Below, in pieces: positions 10,552-20,827 of a stretch of 53,363 nt of DNA. A program made the translations under genes and the position numbers. The DNA is from Nitrososphaeraceae archaeon (lineage in GTDB: Archaea; Thermoproteota; Nitrososphaeria; Nitrososphaerales; Nitrososphaeraceae). Where the stretch lies: assembly GCA_035297365.1 (NCBI GenBank), contig DATGZA010000009.1, positions 1 through 53,363 on the forward strand, read 5' to 3'. Every line of letters starts with the position of its first letter. Position 1 is the first letter of the stretch. The notes beneath the pieces are model-generated. The model searched no databases, was not told where the DNA came from, and saw only the letters and a program-made list of their open reading frames with translations.

Positions 10552-11211
10552 TCAAGTGATTATTTTCTTCAAGTAATTTGCATCAACGGTAACAGGGATT
10601 TGATATGGAGAATCTAATAGTACAACAGTAGCTTCTTGCTTTTCATAATCGACACGTGTAATTTTTGCTTTCATGGATTTAAATGGACCTGCAACTACTT
10701 CGACAGTATCATCAACATTCAATTCGGTAACAACTGGTTTTTTGATAAGATATTTTTCAATATCGCTAAAAGGAAGATCACCTCGTATTTGTCCTCTAAC
10801 GTGCCTAATACCATATAGTGCTTCATACACAACATTAGAGTCGGATGCTTCAACTATCACGTAACCTTTAAAATGTTCGAGGATGAGAATAGAGCGTAAG
10901 TTGATCTTTTTAGAGTTTATCTTATTTTGTAATATATTAGCAACAATATTTTCCTGTCCTCCAGTTATTCTAATTGCAAAAAATTTTGAATCTGAATCTA
11001 GTAACTTATTTTTAAATTGTGTTTCTTTAGATTCTTCTTGCTTGGATGTGATAGAATTTTTAGGTTCTTTTTGAATATCTTTGTCAGAATCATCTGAATT
11101 TATACTTTTTAATAAGGCGTCTTGATTAAAATTTGACTCTTTATTATTTTCATCATTATTGTCATAATCAATTATATCATCAAGATCATCCAGATTTTTT
11201 TTATTTTTCAT
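10552..11211 (-). CDS. spt5: Transcription elongation factor Spt5 (NusG family) with acidic N-terminal extension
   Basis: NGN domain (FAIRITGGQE, KGYVIVEA) plus KOW (VEVVAGPFK); upstream of rpl11. Confidence 0.95.
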   Translation of the reverse strand: MKNKKNLDDLDDIIDYDNNDENNKESNFNQDALLKSINSDDSDKDIQKEPKNSITSKQEESKETQFKNKLLDSDSKFFAIRITGGQENIVANILQNKINSKKINLRSILILEHFKGYVIVEASDSNVVYEALYGIRHVRGQIRGDLPFSDIEKYLIKKPVVTELNVDDTVEVVAGPFKSMKAKITRVDYEKQEATVVLLDSPYQIPVTVDANYLKKIIT

Positions 11212-11417
11212 TAATTTTAATTCAATACTTAACGATTTGAAGTATTTTATAAATTTAATTTATGTTAAATGTTATAAAATATTAGTATAAATTTAATAAT
11301 TATTCAAGAGATTAAAAATTATTTATTTGGAATTATCTCTAAATTGGGTAAAAAAAATCCATATTTGAGGTCAAAATGGATAAGTATTTAATAGATAATA
11401 GATCTATTCAATAAAAA

Positions 11418-12422
11418 TTGACTGAATCTATACAAGTAAATCAATTGGATTTACTCGATAGAAAAATTTTAAATGAAATTCAATGGCTTTTTCCTCTTAC
11501 TGATAAACCTTTCTTAGAGATTGCCCAGCATCATAATACTACAGAAATTGACATTATGAATAGAATTTCAGCTATGAAAGAAAATGGATTAATAAGACAG
11601 ATAAACGCAATCTTTGATACAAGAAGATTAGGTTACAAAAGTGCCCTAATAGCATTTGCAGTAACGCCAGAGAAATTAGATTTTGTAGCAAATGAAGTTA
11701 ACAAGCATCCTGGTGTAAGTCATAATTATGAAAGAAACCATGAATTCAACATGTGGTTTACTTTAGCGATACCTCCTAATTCAGAAATGAAAGCTACTTT
11801 GGACAAAATGGCATCTCTTGATGGAGTAATTAAATATAGATTATTGCCTACACTAAAAATGTACAAGATAGGAGTAAAGTTGGATATGGTAAATGATGAT
11901 TCTATAAATCCTAAACCAACTGAAGAAATTAAGGAATTAAATCCAGAAAAAATTCACCTAACAGAACTTGATAAAGATTTTATCAGAGAATTACAAAAGG
12001 ATTTGGAAATAATACCAGAACCATTTGTGAAAAGTGCTGAAAAATTATCTATTAACACTGAAGAACTTTTTGATAAGGCAAGAGAATTTGAAAAAGATGG
12101 GATAATGAGACGATATGCTGCTATATTACGACACAGGGATGCAGGATTTACTGCAAATGGTATGATAGTATGGAAAGTTCCTGATAATATTATTGACAAA
12201 ATAGGATTCAAATTGGCAACTTTTTCCCAAGTGAGTCATTGTTATAGAAGACCAACATATCCGGATTGGGAATTTAATCTTTTTAGTATGATACATGCAC
12301 GCAGTTTTGATAGTGCCGAAAAAATCGCAAAAGAAATATCTAATACAATAAGAATCTATAATTACAAGATTCTTTTTAGCTCAAGAGAGTTTAAAAAGGA
12401 AAGGGTAAAATATTTTGAGTGA
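11418..12422 (+). CDS. ahbAB: Siroheme decarboxylase, fused AhbA-AhbB (NirDL/GH-like, Lrp/AsnC fold)
   Basis: Two repeated HTH+RAM modules with VSHNYER and VSHCYRRP (HxYxR), NLFSMIHA, REFKKER. Confidence 0.88.
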   Translation: MTESIQVNQLDLLDRKILNEIQWLFPLTDKPFLEIAQHHNTTEIDIMNRISAMKENGLIRQINAIFDTRRLGYKSALIAFAVTPEKLDFVANEVNKHPGVSHNYERNHEFNMWFTLAIPPNSEMKATLDKMASLDGVIKYRLLPTLKMYKIGVKLDMVNDDSINPKPTEEIKELNPEKIHLTELDKDFIRELQKDLEIIPEPFVKSAEKLSINTEELFDKAREFEKDGIMRRYAAILRHRDAGFTANGMIVWKVPDNIIDKIGFKLATFSQVSHCYRRPTYPDWEFNLFSMIHARSFDSAEKIAKEISNTIRIYNYKILFSSREFKKERVKYFE

Positions 12423-12492
12423 ACCAAAAATTTTTATTTAATTTATCATAGAATGAATTAAAATTATATAACATATTAGCAAGATAAGCAAT

Positions 12493-12930
12493 GTGTTGAC
12501 ATCTGAAATACAACCTCCAGATCCTAAATCTATTAGATTACTAGAAATATTTGATCTGGCAATTATGAATGAACTTTCGTATATCTTGAAAGAGAGAATA
12601 ATAGAATCATTTAGTATCGATTCATTTACAACTTCTGATCCATTTAATCACAATAAGAATTTTCGTTATTCGACTATTGTTGATAAAGAAAATCCAAATA
12701 GGATAGTTGCGATTATGTGTATTTTCGAGGATTCAGACAAATACTCTTTGGATTGGAAGAAAATTGATATAAAACGATTGCAAGAAATAGTAATATCTAC
12801 AGATCAAGCCAAGGAATTAAAATACGAATTAATGCCAAAAGATACTAACAATTTTTATCAATTAAGGGTAAATGGTAAAGTAATTGGATCTATCATGTTT
12901 GCTTTCCAGATATGTGGCCTACATGATTAG
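12493..12930 (+). CDS. Hypothetical protein
   Basis: 145 aa ORF with globular composition, co-oriented downstream of ahbAB. Confidence 0.75.
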   Translation: MLTSEIQPPDPKSIRLLEIFDLAIMNELSYILKERIIESFSIDSFTTSDPFNHNKNFRYSTIVDKENPNRIVAIMCIFEDSDKYSLDWKKIDIKRLQEIVISTDQAKELKYELMPKDTNNFYQLRVNGKVIGSIMFAFQICGLHD

Positions 12931-12968
12931 AAATATGTACGAATAAGCAAAGAATATTCATGGTGAAA

Positions 12969-13670
12969 TCACAATATCGGTTCCCTTTGTATATGCAATG
13001 TGTTATTTGGTAGTATTTCGATGCCCATGATATCTAAAATGGGTATAGCTCCCTCCTTTTCTCTTGCTAGTATGCTTGCCGCAATTTTCAATCGATAAGA
13101 AGAAGTCCATTGCTGTCCTATTTTGTATTTTCCTCGTATTTGCATAGGAATAATTTTAATAACTGTCACCTCTTTTACAGAACACATTTTTGAATCAAGT
13201 CTTTGATACTTTCCTTCTTTTTGATATTTTTCCATCAGAGCATTAAGAGCTAAAGCTTTTTCTTCATAATTTTCAACTATGAACGATTCCCCCTTGATTA
13301 CTGTACTAATATAAAGAGTATCTGCCTGAGACGCATCTGTGGGATGAAAGTAATATGATGGCAGGAAAGCTATATGTTGATCTACTTCAAATCCTACTTT
13401 TGAATTCCTTTTAATATTATCTATCTTTTCTCCATAAGGATAAGAATGCATGTATATGGAATGTTGGTTTAATAAAGCAGAATGGTTCTTATGGTTATTG
13501 GTTTGGATGTAAACAAAATTCATTGGTATGACCTGTGGATAACCATTGCTATCTATCGTTGCAAGTCTACCAACTAATTGATTATTAAGGAAATTTATTA
13601 TATTTTCTATAGATTGAATTTCTAGTTTTTTTATTAACTTCAACAGGAATCGCAATTTTATAAATATCAA
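12969..13670 (-). CDS. Pyridoxamine 5'-phosphate oxidase-like FMN-binding split-barrel protein (NimA/PaiB-like)
   Basis: GRLATIDSNGYPQVIPMNF, IYMHS, GEKIDNIKRNSKVGFEVD, YISTVIKG; true start may lie downstream of the listed one. Confidence 0.85.
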   Translation of the reverse strand: MIFIKLRFLLKLIKKLEIQSIENIINFLNNQLVGRLATIDSNGYPQVIPMNFVYIQTNNHKNHSALLNQHSIYMHSYPYGEKIDNIKRNSKVGFEVDQHIAFLPSYYFHPTDASQADTLYISTVIKGESFIVENYEEKALALNALMEKYQKEGKYQRLDSKMCSVKEVTVIKIIPMQIRGKYKIGQQWTSSYRLKIAASILAREKEGAIPILDIMGIEILPNNTLHIQREPIL

Positions 13671-13768
13671 ATATATTATATTTAGGTATTCGATATATTA
13701 TATAGCTGACATTTCAAAATTTTTTCTTAAATGGATACATATTATTTTAACAAATTGAATAGACGTGA

Positions 13769-14494
13769 TTACAATAACTTTTTTTGATATGCTAAATGTT
13801 TTTCCTCATATTCGAAATCAAGAATCTTTTTTATTTTTTCTGCCCTGGCAATCCCAAATCCTGGAATCATAGCTAATTCCGCAGTCGAAGCATTAATTGC
13901 TTTTAATGGTGTCTTGAATTTTTCAAGTAATTTTAGGGCAAGTTTATCTCCTATTCCTGGTAATGAAGATAATATAGATAATTGCTGTAGTTGTACATGA
14001 TTTGCTTTCTTAATTTTCTTTATCAAAGGACCATTTAAAAATAAATTTGATTGCAAGATCTTATTCGACAATGAAATTAAAAATTTTGATGTATATTTTG
14101 CAGATGGTGAATGAATAATAGGTATTCTGAAAATTATTGCCACTGTTGCTAGAGCATCATAAATTTGGGTAATTTTGTTTAAAGAGATTTTTTCTTTTTG
14201 ATGGTAATCAATTTCATTTTCAATATCAGTTTTTAATTCAAGTATATTTCCTTCTACTATTAAGAGAGGTTTTGAATAAAATTGCAACAGATCTGAACAT
14301 TGAACAAAAAGTCTCCCATCATAAATAGAACTAACCAGATCACCTATAGTCTTTCTTTCGATAGCAACTTCAGAAGATACAATATAATCCCCGACCACTA
14401 ATCGTGCAAAATCTACATGTACACCATTATCGATTAAGAATTTTGGAATCTTACTATTTCTTTCTCTTTCATCTACTACAATCCTAAATGACAT
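13769..14494 (-). CDS. xpf: XPF/ERCC4 structure-specific endonuclease (short nuclease + HhH2 form)
   Basis: IVVDERE, GDY, IERKT..D, LIVEG, two HhH motifs (LPGIG, IPGFG). Confidence 0.93.
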   Translation of the reverse strand: MSFRIVVDERERNSKIPKFLIDNGVHVDFARLVVGDYIVSSEVAIERKTIGDLVSSIYDGRLFVQCSDLLQFYSKPLLIVEGNILELKTDIENEIDYHQKEKISLNKITQIYDALATVAIIFRIPIIHSPSAKYTSKFLISLSNKILQSNLFLNGPLIKKIKKANHVQLQQLSILSSLPGIGDKLALKLLEKFKTPLKAINASTAELAMIPGFGIARAEKIKKILDFEYEEKHLAYQKKLL

Positions 14495-14556
14495 AGTTAA
14501 TTATTCACGAAACTTATTTTGGATAACTCAATGTTGATATATCATGATATTTGAAA

Positions 14557-14931
14557 TTATTGTTGTTGCTGGTTAGATGATGCTCCTTTAATCATTTGGT
14601 TAATTTTATTTTCAACTTCTTTTAGATTTTCCTTTACTCTTGATTCTTGTTTTCCTAGTACCATAACTCGAGTATTTGCCAATTCTTTTTTTTCAGATAG
14701 TTCTTTTTCGACACTATCTTTTTCTGTTTTTATTAATAAAGGCCCTGCAGCTTTATAAATAGAATCAGAAGGTTTGGTTTTATTCAATTCCTCCAACGCT
14801 CTATCCGTTTCAACAATTTCTAATTCAATCTGTTGTTTTTGCATCATTATTGCTTGTAGATTTTGTTGAAGTTGTTGTAATCGAGATATTTGTTCTTTAA
14901 GCCAAGGAGGTAATTCATTTTCTTGACTCAA
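14557..14931 (-). CDS. pfdB: Prefoldin beta subunit
   Basis: ELPP..Q-rich coiled coil, ALEEL, IYKAAGPLLIK. Confidence 0.95.
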   Translation of the reverse strand: MSQENELPPWLKEQISRLQQLQQNLQAIMMQKQQIELEIVETDRALEELNKTKPSDSIYKAAGPLLIKTEKDSVEKELSEKKELANTRVMVLGKQESRVKENLKEVENKINQMIKGASSNQQQQ

Positions 14932-14971
14932 CTTGATAATTAATAATGATATTTAATATAAATTTATTTTG

Positions 14972-15244
14972 TTAGATATCAAACGATTCAATCAAGCAAC
15001 AATTCGCAGTTTTGACCAATCTAAGATAAGAATTAATTGTTGATCTAAAACTTGATACTTCTCGGGCAATTATGTCTATTGAAAAAAGGTTTTTATCTTC
15101 GTTGGCAGTTAATTTAACTGAAGGAATTTCCAATATTTTTATGTCTGGCTCTAAGGCTATAAATATTGATTTAATAAAGTCCTTATTTTGTTTATCTGAT
15201 AATAATTTGAAAGAAATATTGATTTTAGCTTTGAAGCTTTTCAA
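14972..15244 (-). CDS. pcc1: KEOPS complex subunit Pcc1
   Basis: ALEPD and FRSTINSYLRL motifs; conserved position between rpl37ae and pfdB. Confidence 0.85.
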   Translation of the reverse strand: MKSFKAKINISFKLLSDKQNKDFIKSIFIALEPDIKILEIPSVKLTANEDKNLFSIDIIAREVSSFRSTINSYLRLVKTANCCLIESFDI

Positions 15245-15464
15245 TATTTATATCGTATGCCCCAGAGGCTACCTTCAAATTACATTTTGGGCAATACCAA
15301 ATTCCAGACGCAATTCGATCAAATCTTAAGGAGCTACAGGTTGGACAACGTCTTTTTTGTTTAAGTGTTTTATAAACAGTTCCGTATCTTTTTCTCAATG
15401 TCGCACCAAATTTTACACCGAGACCCTTAAGTGCCGTTTGAGTTTTTGTATTTCTTTTAACCAT
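15225..15464 (-). CDS. rpl37ae: 50S ribosomal protein L37Ae
   Basis: GVKFGATLRK, CPTC, RIASGIWYCPKC, SGAY. Confidence 0.96.
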   Translation of the reverse strand: MVKRNTKTQTALKGLGVKFGATLRKRYGTVYKTLKQKRRCPTCSSLRFDRIASGIWYCPKCNLKVASGAYDINIEKLQS

Positions 15465-15467
15465 TTG

Positions 15468-16286
15468 TTATTTCACGAGCTCCTTTATTTTTTTTCTTAT
15501 TTCCTCTCCTTTATTTCTTGCTATTTCAGCCACATATTTTATTTGATCCAAGGTAAAAGAACCATTTGAACCCTTTTGAATGGCAGTATATTCTCCATTA
15601 GAATTAGTAGTTATTGTTATTCTGGATTCCATACATGATTCTTCCTCCGCAGTAGGATCTAACATAATAGCATTTCCTATTTTTATTGCAGTTATTGATA
15701 CTGGTAATGTCGTAATCGGAGGGTCTTGTTTATTGCCTGTATTCACAACTTGATCATTTTGTATTTCGAAAATTGGTAATTTACTACTAGCTAGGGCACA
15801 TACTACAGCATAGGATGTAGCATCAAATAGATTACCATCAGCGTTGATAACACTACAGTCTACAAAAATGGTATAGACAATTTTCCCAGGGACCAAAACT
15901 AATTTTTCAAGGTCAACCATTTCAGATTCTCTGATTCCCCTATCAACCACCCTAGCAAGCTCTATGGTATCTTCATCTGGTGGACCTGGTTCTACAAAAG
16001 GAGAAGCTGTGGGTAAAACTTCAGCAGTAACAATTAGAGCTCCCTTATGTTCTAATCCCTCAAATGGTTCACCGGTCTCAACCTTTACACCTGCAATAAC
16101 TTCAGAATTTCCTAATCTTACGAGAGCAGATCCATTTGCCTTTTTGATTACATCGAGATCTATTTCAAGTGTTCTGAGATCATCTAAATTTCTACCGTCA
16201 AGTCTTTTTTTATTGTTTAATAAGTCTAACATTTGACGCTTGCGGAGATATTCAATTATTATTGGAGACTTCTTTGATAAGCTCAT
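15468..16286 (-). CDS. rrp42: Exosome complex component Rrp42
   Basis: RLDGR, GSALVRLG, EPGPPDE, ELARVVDRGIRES, DGNLFDA. Confidence 0.96.
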   Translation of the reverse strand: MSLSKKSPIIIEYLRKRQMLDLLNNKKRLDGRNLDDLRTLEIDLDVIKKANGSALVRLGNSEVIAGVKVETGEPFEGLEHKGALIVTAEVLPTASPFVEPGPPDEDTIELARVVDRGIRESEMVDLEKLVLVPGKIVYTIFVDCSVINADGNLFDATSYAVVCALASSKLPIFEIQNDQVVNTGNKQDPPITTLPVSITAIKIGNAIMLDPTAEEESCMESRITITTNSNGEYTAIQKGSNGSFTLDQIKYVAEIARNKGEEIRKKIKELVK

Positions 16287-17050
16287 TATTCTTTTACCTC
16301 CTCACTAGTTTCTTCGTCTGTGGGGATATCATTACCAAAATATTTTTCCATCAAAGCTTTTCTTTGTATTTCATAAACCATTTTACATCCCTGTACTGCT
16401 TTTTCCAAACATTCAGTAAATTGTGATTGAGTGAGTACTCCATCTAGTTGTAGTAGGGATATTTGTTCAAGATTGGGTAGATAAGCAACAGGCATATCAG
16501 CTGAGCCTTCTTTATCTTCTACATCATTGATATCGAGAACGATTTTGTCGTTTATTTTTCCAGATGCACAAGCTGCTACCAAATCGCGCATGTTAATCCC
16601 TGCATCAGCCAAGGCAACAGATGCTGCAGTTATTCCAGCACATCTAGAACCACCATCAGCTTGTAATACTTCAACAAATATGTCTATAGCCGCACGAGGA
16701 TAATCTTCTAATACAACAGCAGGTTCTAAAGCTTCTCTCATAACCTTAGATATTTCAATTTCTCTACGAGATGGAGCTGGGTTTTTACGTGTATCAGTCG
16801 AAAATGGGGACATGTGATATCTGCATCTTAATACACATTTATCTGGTTGAGCCATATGTTTTGGATGAACTTCTCTTGGTCCATACACAGCTACAATTAT
16901 TTTATTTTTGCCAAATTCAATGAATGCAGATCCGTTTGCATTTTTTAAGATTCCAACAGTAAGTTTAATTTCTCGTAATTCGTCTATTGAACGACCATCT
17001 GTACGTTTTCCATTTTCATCTACCAAAATTGTTTGATTCATGATCTTCAA
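16286..17050 (-). CDS. rrp41: Exosome complex component Rrp41 (RNase PH)
   Basis: RTDGR, VYGPRE, PSRREIEISKV, QADGGSR, DMPVA. Confidence 0.97.
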   Translation of the reverse strand: MKIMNQTILVDENGKRTDGRSIDELREIKLTVGILKNANGSAFIEFGKNKIIVAVYGPREVHPKHMAQPDKCVLRCRYHMSPFSTDTRKNPAPSRREIEISKVMREALEPAVVLEDYPRAAIDIFVEVLQADGGSRCAGITAASVALADAGINMRDLVAACASGKINDKIVLDINDVEDKEGSADMPVAYLPNLEQISLLQLDGVLTQSQFTECLEKAVQGCKMVYEIQRKALMEKYFGNDIPTDEETSEEVKE

Positions 17051-17062
17051 TCCTCCAATTAG

Positions 17063-17890
17063 TTAAGAGGAATCTCCTGAAGAGGTTTTTGTAATTTCAT
17101 TATTAGTATCATTATTGTTTTCAACATCATTTGTTTTTGAATTGTTTTCGTTATGGCTATTAATGTATGCCTCGTTATTACCAGAAGAATTATTTTCAGA
17201 CTCTACTTGTAATTCATCCTTTACATTTAACAAATCCTTTATCTTTTGAGTAAGGTTTGATGTATGTGCTTCTTCTTCAACCATTTTTATAGCTTTAAAT
17301 GCAAGACCTATTCCTTCGTCATTTTTGCCACTTACTACTAAAATTCCATTTTGACCTATCAGTATCTTTGTTTGTGTAGCTTGTTCTATTGTTTGTATCA
17401 TTGATCCTCTTTTACCTATCAAACGTGGAACACGTGTAGAGGATATTTTTAAAAATTTACCATGAGAAATTTTTCCTAAATCTCGTTCTTGAATAGTCAA
17501 CATAGGGTCTCGTGTTCTATCAAATGCGATTATTCTAGTTGTAACGAGATCTCCTGGAGCAAATCTTTTTTTCATATCATCTCTTGCTGGAGAAAAATCT
17601 CTTCCAAATACATCTTGAGCAGGTAAATGAGCTGAAAAACATGAATTAATATCTACTTCCCATGATAATGAAGAATTATCAATTATTTTTCCTATGACAA
17701 TATCATTAATCCTAGGAATATATATCCCCGATAATGGAATTACCTTTATTCCATCTTTGCTTAATTCTGCTATTCCTATTCGTGTAGCTATAATGGAATT
17801 TTCTTTTCTAAATACATTCATCAGAGGTTTATAATTTCCTTCTATAATAACATCTCCTGGAATAACATACTTTCGCTTTATTTCTAACAT
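17063..17890 (-). CDS. rrp4: Exosome complex component Rrp4 (S1+KH) with Asn/Glu-rich C-terminal tail
   Basis: VIPGD, YIPRINDIVIG, VPRLIGKRGSMI, IGQNG, EAHTSNLT. Confidence 0.96.
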   Translation of the reverse strand: MLEIKRKYVIPGDVIIEGNYKPLMNVFRKENSIIATRIGIAELSKDGIKVIPLSGIYIPRINDIVIGKIIDNSSLSWEVDINSCFSAHLPAQDVFGRDFSPARDDMKKRFAPGDLVTTRIIAFDRTRDPMLTIQERDLGKISHGKFLKISSTRVPRLIGKRGSMIQTIEQATQTKILIGQNGILVVSGKNDEGIGLAFKAIKMVEEEAHTSNLTQKIKDLLNVKDELQVESENNSSGNNEAYINSHNENNSKTNDVENNNDTNNEITKTSSGDSS

Positions 17891-18020
17891 AAATTCGGAT
17901 ACATCTCCTTGTTAACAAAAATTACAAAGGAAAGCATCTCATCCATATTTCGATATAAATTTTTATGATCTTTTCTCAAGTCCAATTTCCTATTTTGATA
18001 AAAGATATTTATTATTGTTA

Positions 18021-18710
18021 TTATTGTTCCTGAATTTGGGCAGAACCTTTAGTTACCGAATTCATCCTTTCAACGAATGTTCCTTTTATCCCAGCATTTA
18101 TTTCAACAATAACCCTTAAAGAACCATCTTGCAACCATTTTTCATCTTTTAATTCACCGATATTTTTCAGAACGTTATAAGACGGTGCGGAAAATTGTGG
18201 TGGAATAGTTACTAGCAATTGCAGGTTTTCTGATTTCAATGGTAAAATTTTTCGTAAAGATTCAATAATTTTCTTGGTTTGATCTTCAGGTTTCTTGAAT
18301 GGATCTATTGTTAATCTTACTTCTTCCATTGCATTTTGTATTCGTAGTGGAGGATGAGGAAGATGTGTTTTTGGATCAACGAAATTTCTATTGATATATT
18401 GAATAATCTGTTTTTTCTTTTCTTCTACCATTCTTCTACGTTGATCTGTTGTTAGATTAACTTCACCTTGTTCTAGTATTTTTTTAGCAATTTCAATCGA
18501 GTCTGTAGTTTTGAAATTCCTAATTAGTTTTTCGTCAGCTATTCTAGTTCCTTTATTTGCATCTGCATAAATTTCATCAGAAATCAGAATATTAGATAGA
18601 TCGATTTTTTTCCCAAGTTTATAATCCAATGCGGGATCTGGTTTTACTAAAATCTCGAATTTATCATTATCTATAACTAAACGAACTATAGTGGGTTTAT
18701 TATCAATCAC
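18021..18710 (-). CDS. sdo1: Ribosome maturation protein SBDS/Sdo1
   Basis: FEILVKPD, LTTDQRR, DPKTHLPHPP.RI..AMEE, DPFK. Confidence 0.95.
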   Translation of the reverse strand: MIDNKPTIVRLVIDNDKFEILVKPDPALDYKLGKKIDLSNILISDEIYADANKGTRIADEKLIRNFKTTDSIEIAKKILEQGEVNLTTDQRRRMVEEKKKQIIQYINRNFVDPKTHLPHPPLRIQNAMEEVRLTIDPFKKPEDQTKKIIESLRKILPLKSENLQLLVTIPPQFSAPSYNVLKNIGELKDEKWLQDGSLRVIVEINAGIKGTFVERMNSVTKGSAQIQEQ

Positions 18711-18805
18711 AAAGTAATAGAAATCCTATTAAGTATTTATGCATGTAGAGATTTATAACATAATAATACTGATTGCTATAATAAAGCAATAAAATATTCG
18801 ATATT

Positions 18806-19258
18806 TTAACGATATGATTTTTGTTTTTTTCTTCTTGCACCAGGACCTCCAAATTTCTTAGATTCTGTCTGTCTTGGATCCCCTGCGAGAAGATGTCTAT
18901 CAAATTCATTTATTTTTTTACGGATATCTTGTCGAATACTCTTTGATAATGGGTGATCCTTTGGATCTCTGTCACCCTTTGCCTCACCGGCTAACGCTCG
19001 CGATATTGCAACTGCGGTAGCGAAGGCTTGTCCCATAAATCCTCCGCCAGCCACTTTTACATTGATGTCAACTTTATTGCGTAAATCACCAACTACATTA
19101 ACTGGCGTTAGGATTAGTTCTCTAGATACCTCTGGTTGTAAAACCTCTGCTGGAATATTATTCACTCTGATTTTTCCATTCCCCTTGGAAATAGTTGCAA
19201 CTGCTCTTGATGTTTTTCTTTGTCCTGGATAGAGATCAACTGTTGTTGTTTTTGTCAT
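18806..19258 (-). CDS. rps9: 30S ribosomal protein S9
   Basis: RKTSRA, GGGFMGQA, DPRQTESKKFGGPGARRKKQKSYR. Confidence 0.97.
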   Translation of the reverse strand: MTKTTTVDLYPGQRKTSRAVATISKGNGKIRVNNIPAEVLQPEVSRELILTPVNVVGDLRNKVDINVKVAGGGFMGQAFATAVAISRALAGEAKGDRDPKDHPLSKSIRQDIRKKINEFDRHLLAGDPRQTESKKFGGPGARRKKQKSYR

Positions 19259-19262
19259 TTTT

Positions 19263-19802
19263 TTATTCTCCTTTCCATCCTATTTGTTTTGCAATGTCTC
19301 CAATTGTTATATAATATGATTCTGGTTTAGTTATTTTTGTATCATCAAATATTTTCATTTCATTCGAACGAAATTCTACAGGTATTCCTATATATACTCT
19401 TAATCTTCTAAATGCAGAGATTCCGCTTGATTTTTTCCTTGGTGTCATGCCCCGTACCATTTTTGTCAAGATTCTATCAGGTCGTCTTGGATGATAAGGT
19501 CCATGAATAGGATTTGTTATAGAACTTACTTCAAGACGTTTTTTATAATCGTCAATTGTTTTATAACGATTTCCAGATATCATGGCCTTTTCGGAATTGA
19601 CAATAGTAACCCTATTGCCTTGAAGTAAAAGTTTTGAAACACGGGAACAAACACGACCAGCTATACAAGAAGATACATCAACTATTATTTGGTTTTTAGA
19701 ATTATTTTTGTTTGCATAACTAGAATTACTATTGATATCTTTTTTAGATTTATCCAATGATTCGAACACCTTTTCCATCAGGATATTGTTGAACAAGTTC
19801 AT
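19263..19802 (-). CDS. rpl13: 50S ribosomal protein L13
   Basis: IAGRVCS..SK.LL.G, GPYHPRRPD, VRGM, RLRVYIGIP; real start probably downstream of 19802. Confidence 0.95.
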   Translation of the reverse strand: MNLFNNILMEKVFESLDKSKKDINSNSSYANKNNSKNQIIVDVSSCIAGRVCSRVSKLLLQGNRVTIVNSEKAMISGNRYKTIDDYKKRLEVSSITNPIHGPYHPRRPDRILTKMVRGMTPRKKSSGISAFRRLRVYIGIPVEFRSNEMKIFDDTKITKPESYYITIGDIAKQIGWKGE

Positions 19803-20139
19803 TTATAGTAATAACTTCTCCCCCGCAATCAATAACCTTCTTCATTGCTGTAACCGAAATAGAAAAACAACTTAGAATTATTTTATGATTGATAATACCA
19901 GAACCCAATACTTTGCCTGGAACGATAACAATATCACCTTCCTTAGTAATATTGTCCAATTTACTAACGTTTACCTCAGAACGATTAGACCTAGAACTTT
20001 GAAACTTTTTTTCTATAGATTTCCAAATTGGACTTCCACTTCTTTTGTATGCATTACGCAAACTTGATTTAGTGTTATCATTCAATGTATTAGTAAACAT
20101 ACTTGTGACCTTATCATGTTCCATTACAATAATCCCCAA
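19750..20139 (-). CDS. rpl18e: 50S ribosomal protein L18e
   Basis: PIWK, EVNVSKL, IVPGKVLGSG, PDGKGVRIIG. Confidence 0.95.
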   Translation of the reverse strand: MGIIVMEHDKVTSMFTNTLNDNTKSSLRNAYKRSGSPIWKSIEKKFQSSRSNRSEVNVSKLDNITKEGDIVIVPGKVLGSGIINHKIILSCFSISVTAMKKVIDCGGEVITINELVQQYPDGKGVRIIG

Positions 20140-20149
20140 ATAAACCTAC

Positions 20150-20827
20150 CTAGTTCCCTTTTTGGAAATCTAGAGATTTTATCACCGTACTGAAATTATT
20201 TAATTTTGAATTTATTATATTAATAGCAGCCATTACTGTTTCCTCTGCTGTTAGAGACCCAATAGTTTCTATTATCAAAATCGATTCATTTGTTTCATTC
20301 CCATCCTTTACTATTGCAGCAGTAGTGGGCTGCCATTTTGCATGATCTTTACCTATTCCTAATCTAGCATATGCTTCAAATTTTAATTTCTGTCCAGGAG
20401 CAAGAGTGATTATAGGAATATTATTGCTCACTGGTTTCACATATTCATCTTCGGATACAAGATCTCCTGAAGTAACAAGTTTCGTCTTTTCAGAAGATTC
20501 GGAATCTAAAATTAGTAATACACGACATTTAGAACAACCTAAAGTATTATTACAATCACATTTGTCAGGCAAAATGAATCTATTCAATTCTGTTCGTAAT
20601 GGAATAAGACCTAGACGGTGAGCAACTGCTTCATCGTGCATAACAGAAGAATTTTCTAAAATTACCACATCGTCTATTGCTAAGATAGGAATCTCACTAA
20701 TTGAGATTCTACGAATGGCATTTAAATACTGTCTTGGAATGTTATTAAATTTTAGGATTATTTTTTGATCTGTTTTTTCTAAAATATTTATAGATGAAGT
20801 CAATATTAAGTGAAGTTTTTTGTCCAA
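20150..20827 (-). CDS. rpoD: DNA-directed RNA polymerase subunit D (Rpo3)
   Basis: NAIRR, NSSVMHDEAVAHRLGLIPL, CDC...GCSKC, GKDHAKWQP. Confidence 0.97.
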   Translation of the reverse strand: MDKKLHLILTSSINILEKTDQKIILKFNNIPRQYLNAIRRISISEIPILAIDDVVILENSSVMHDEAVAHRLGLIPLRTELNRFILPDKCDCNNTLGCSKCRVLLILDSESSEKTKLVTSGDLVSEDEYVKPVSNNIPIITLAPGQKLKFEAYARLGIGKDHAKWQPTTAAIVKDGNETNESILIIETIGSLTAEETVMAAINIINSKLNNFSTVIKSLDFQKGN

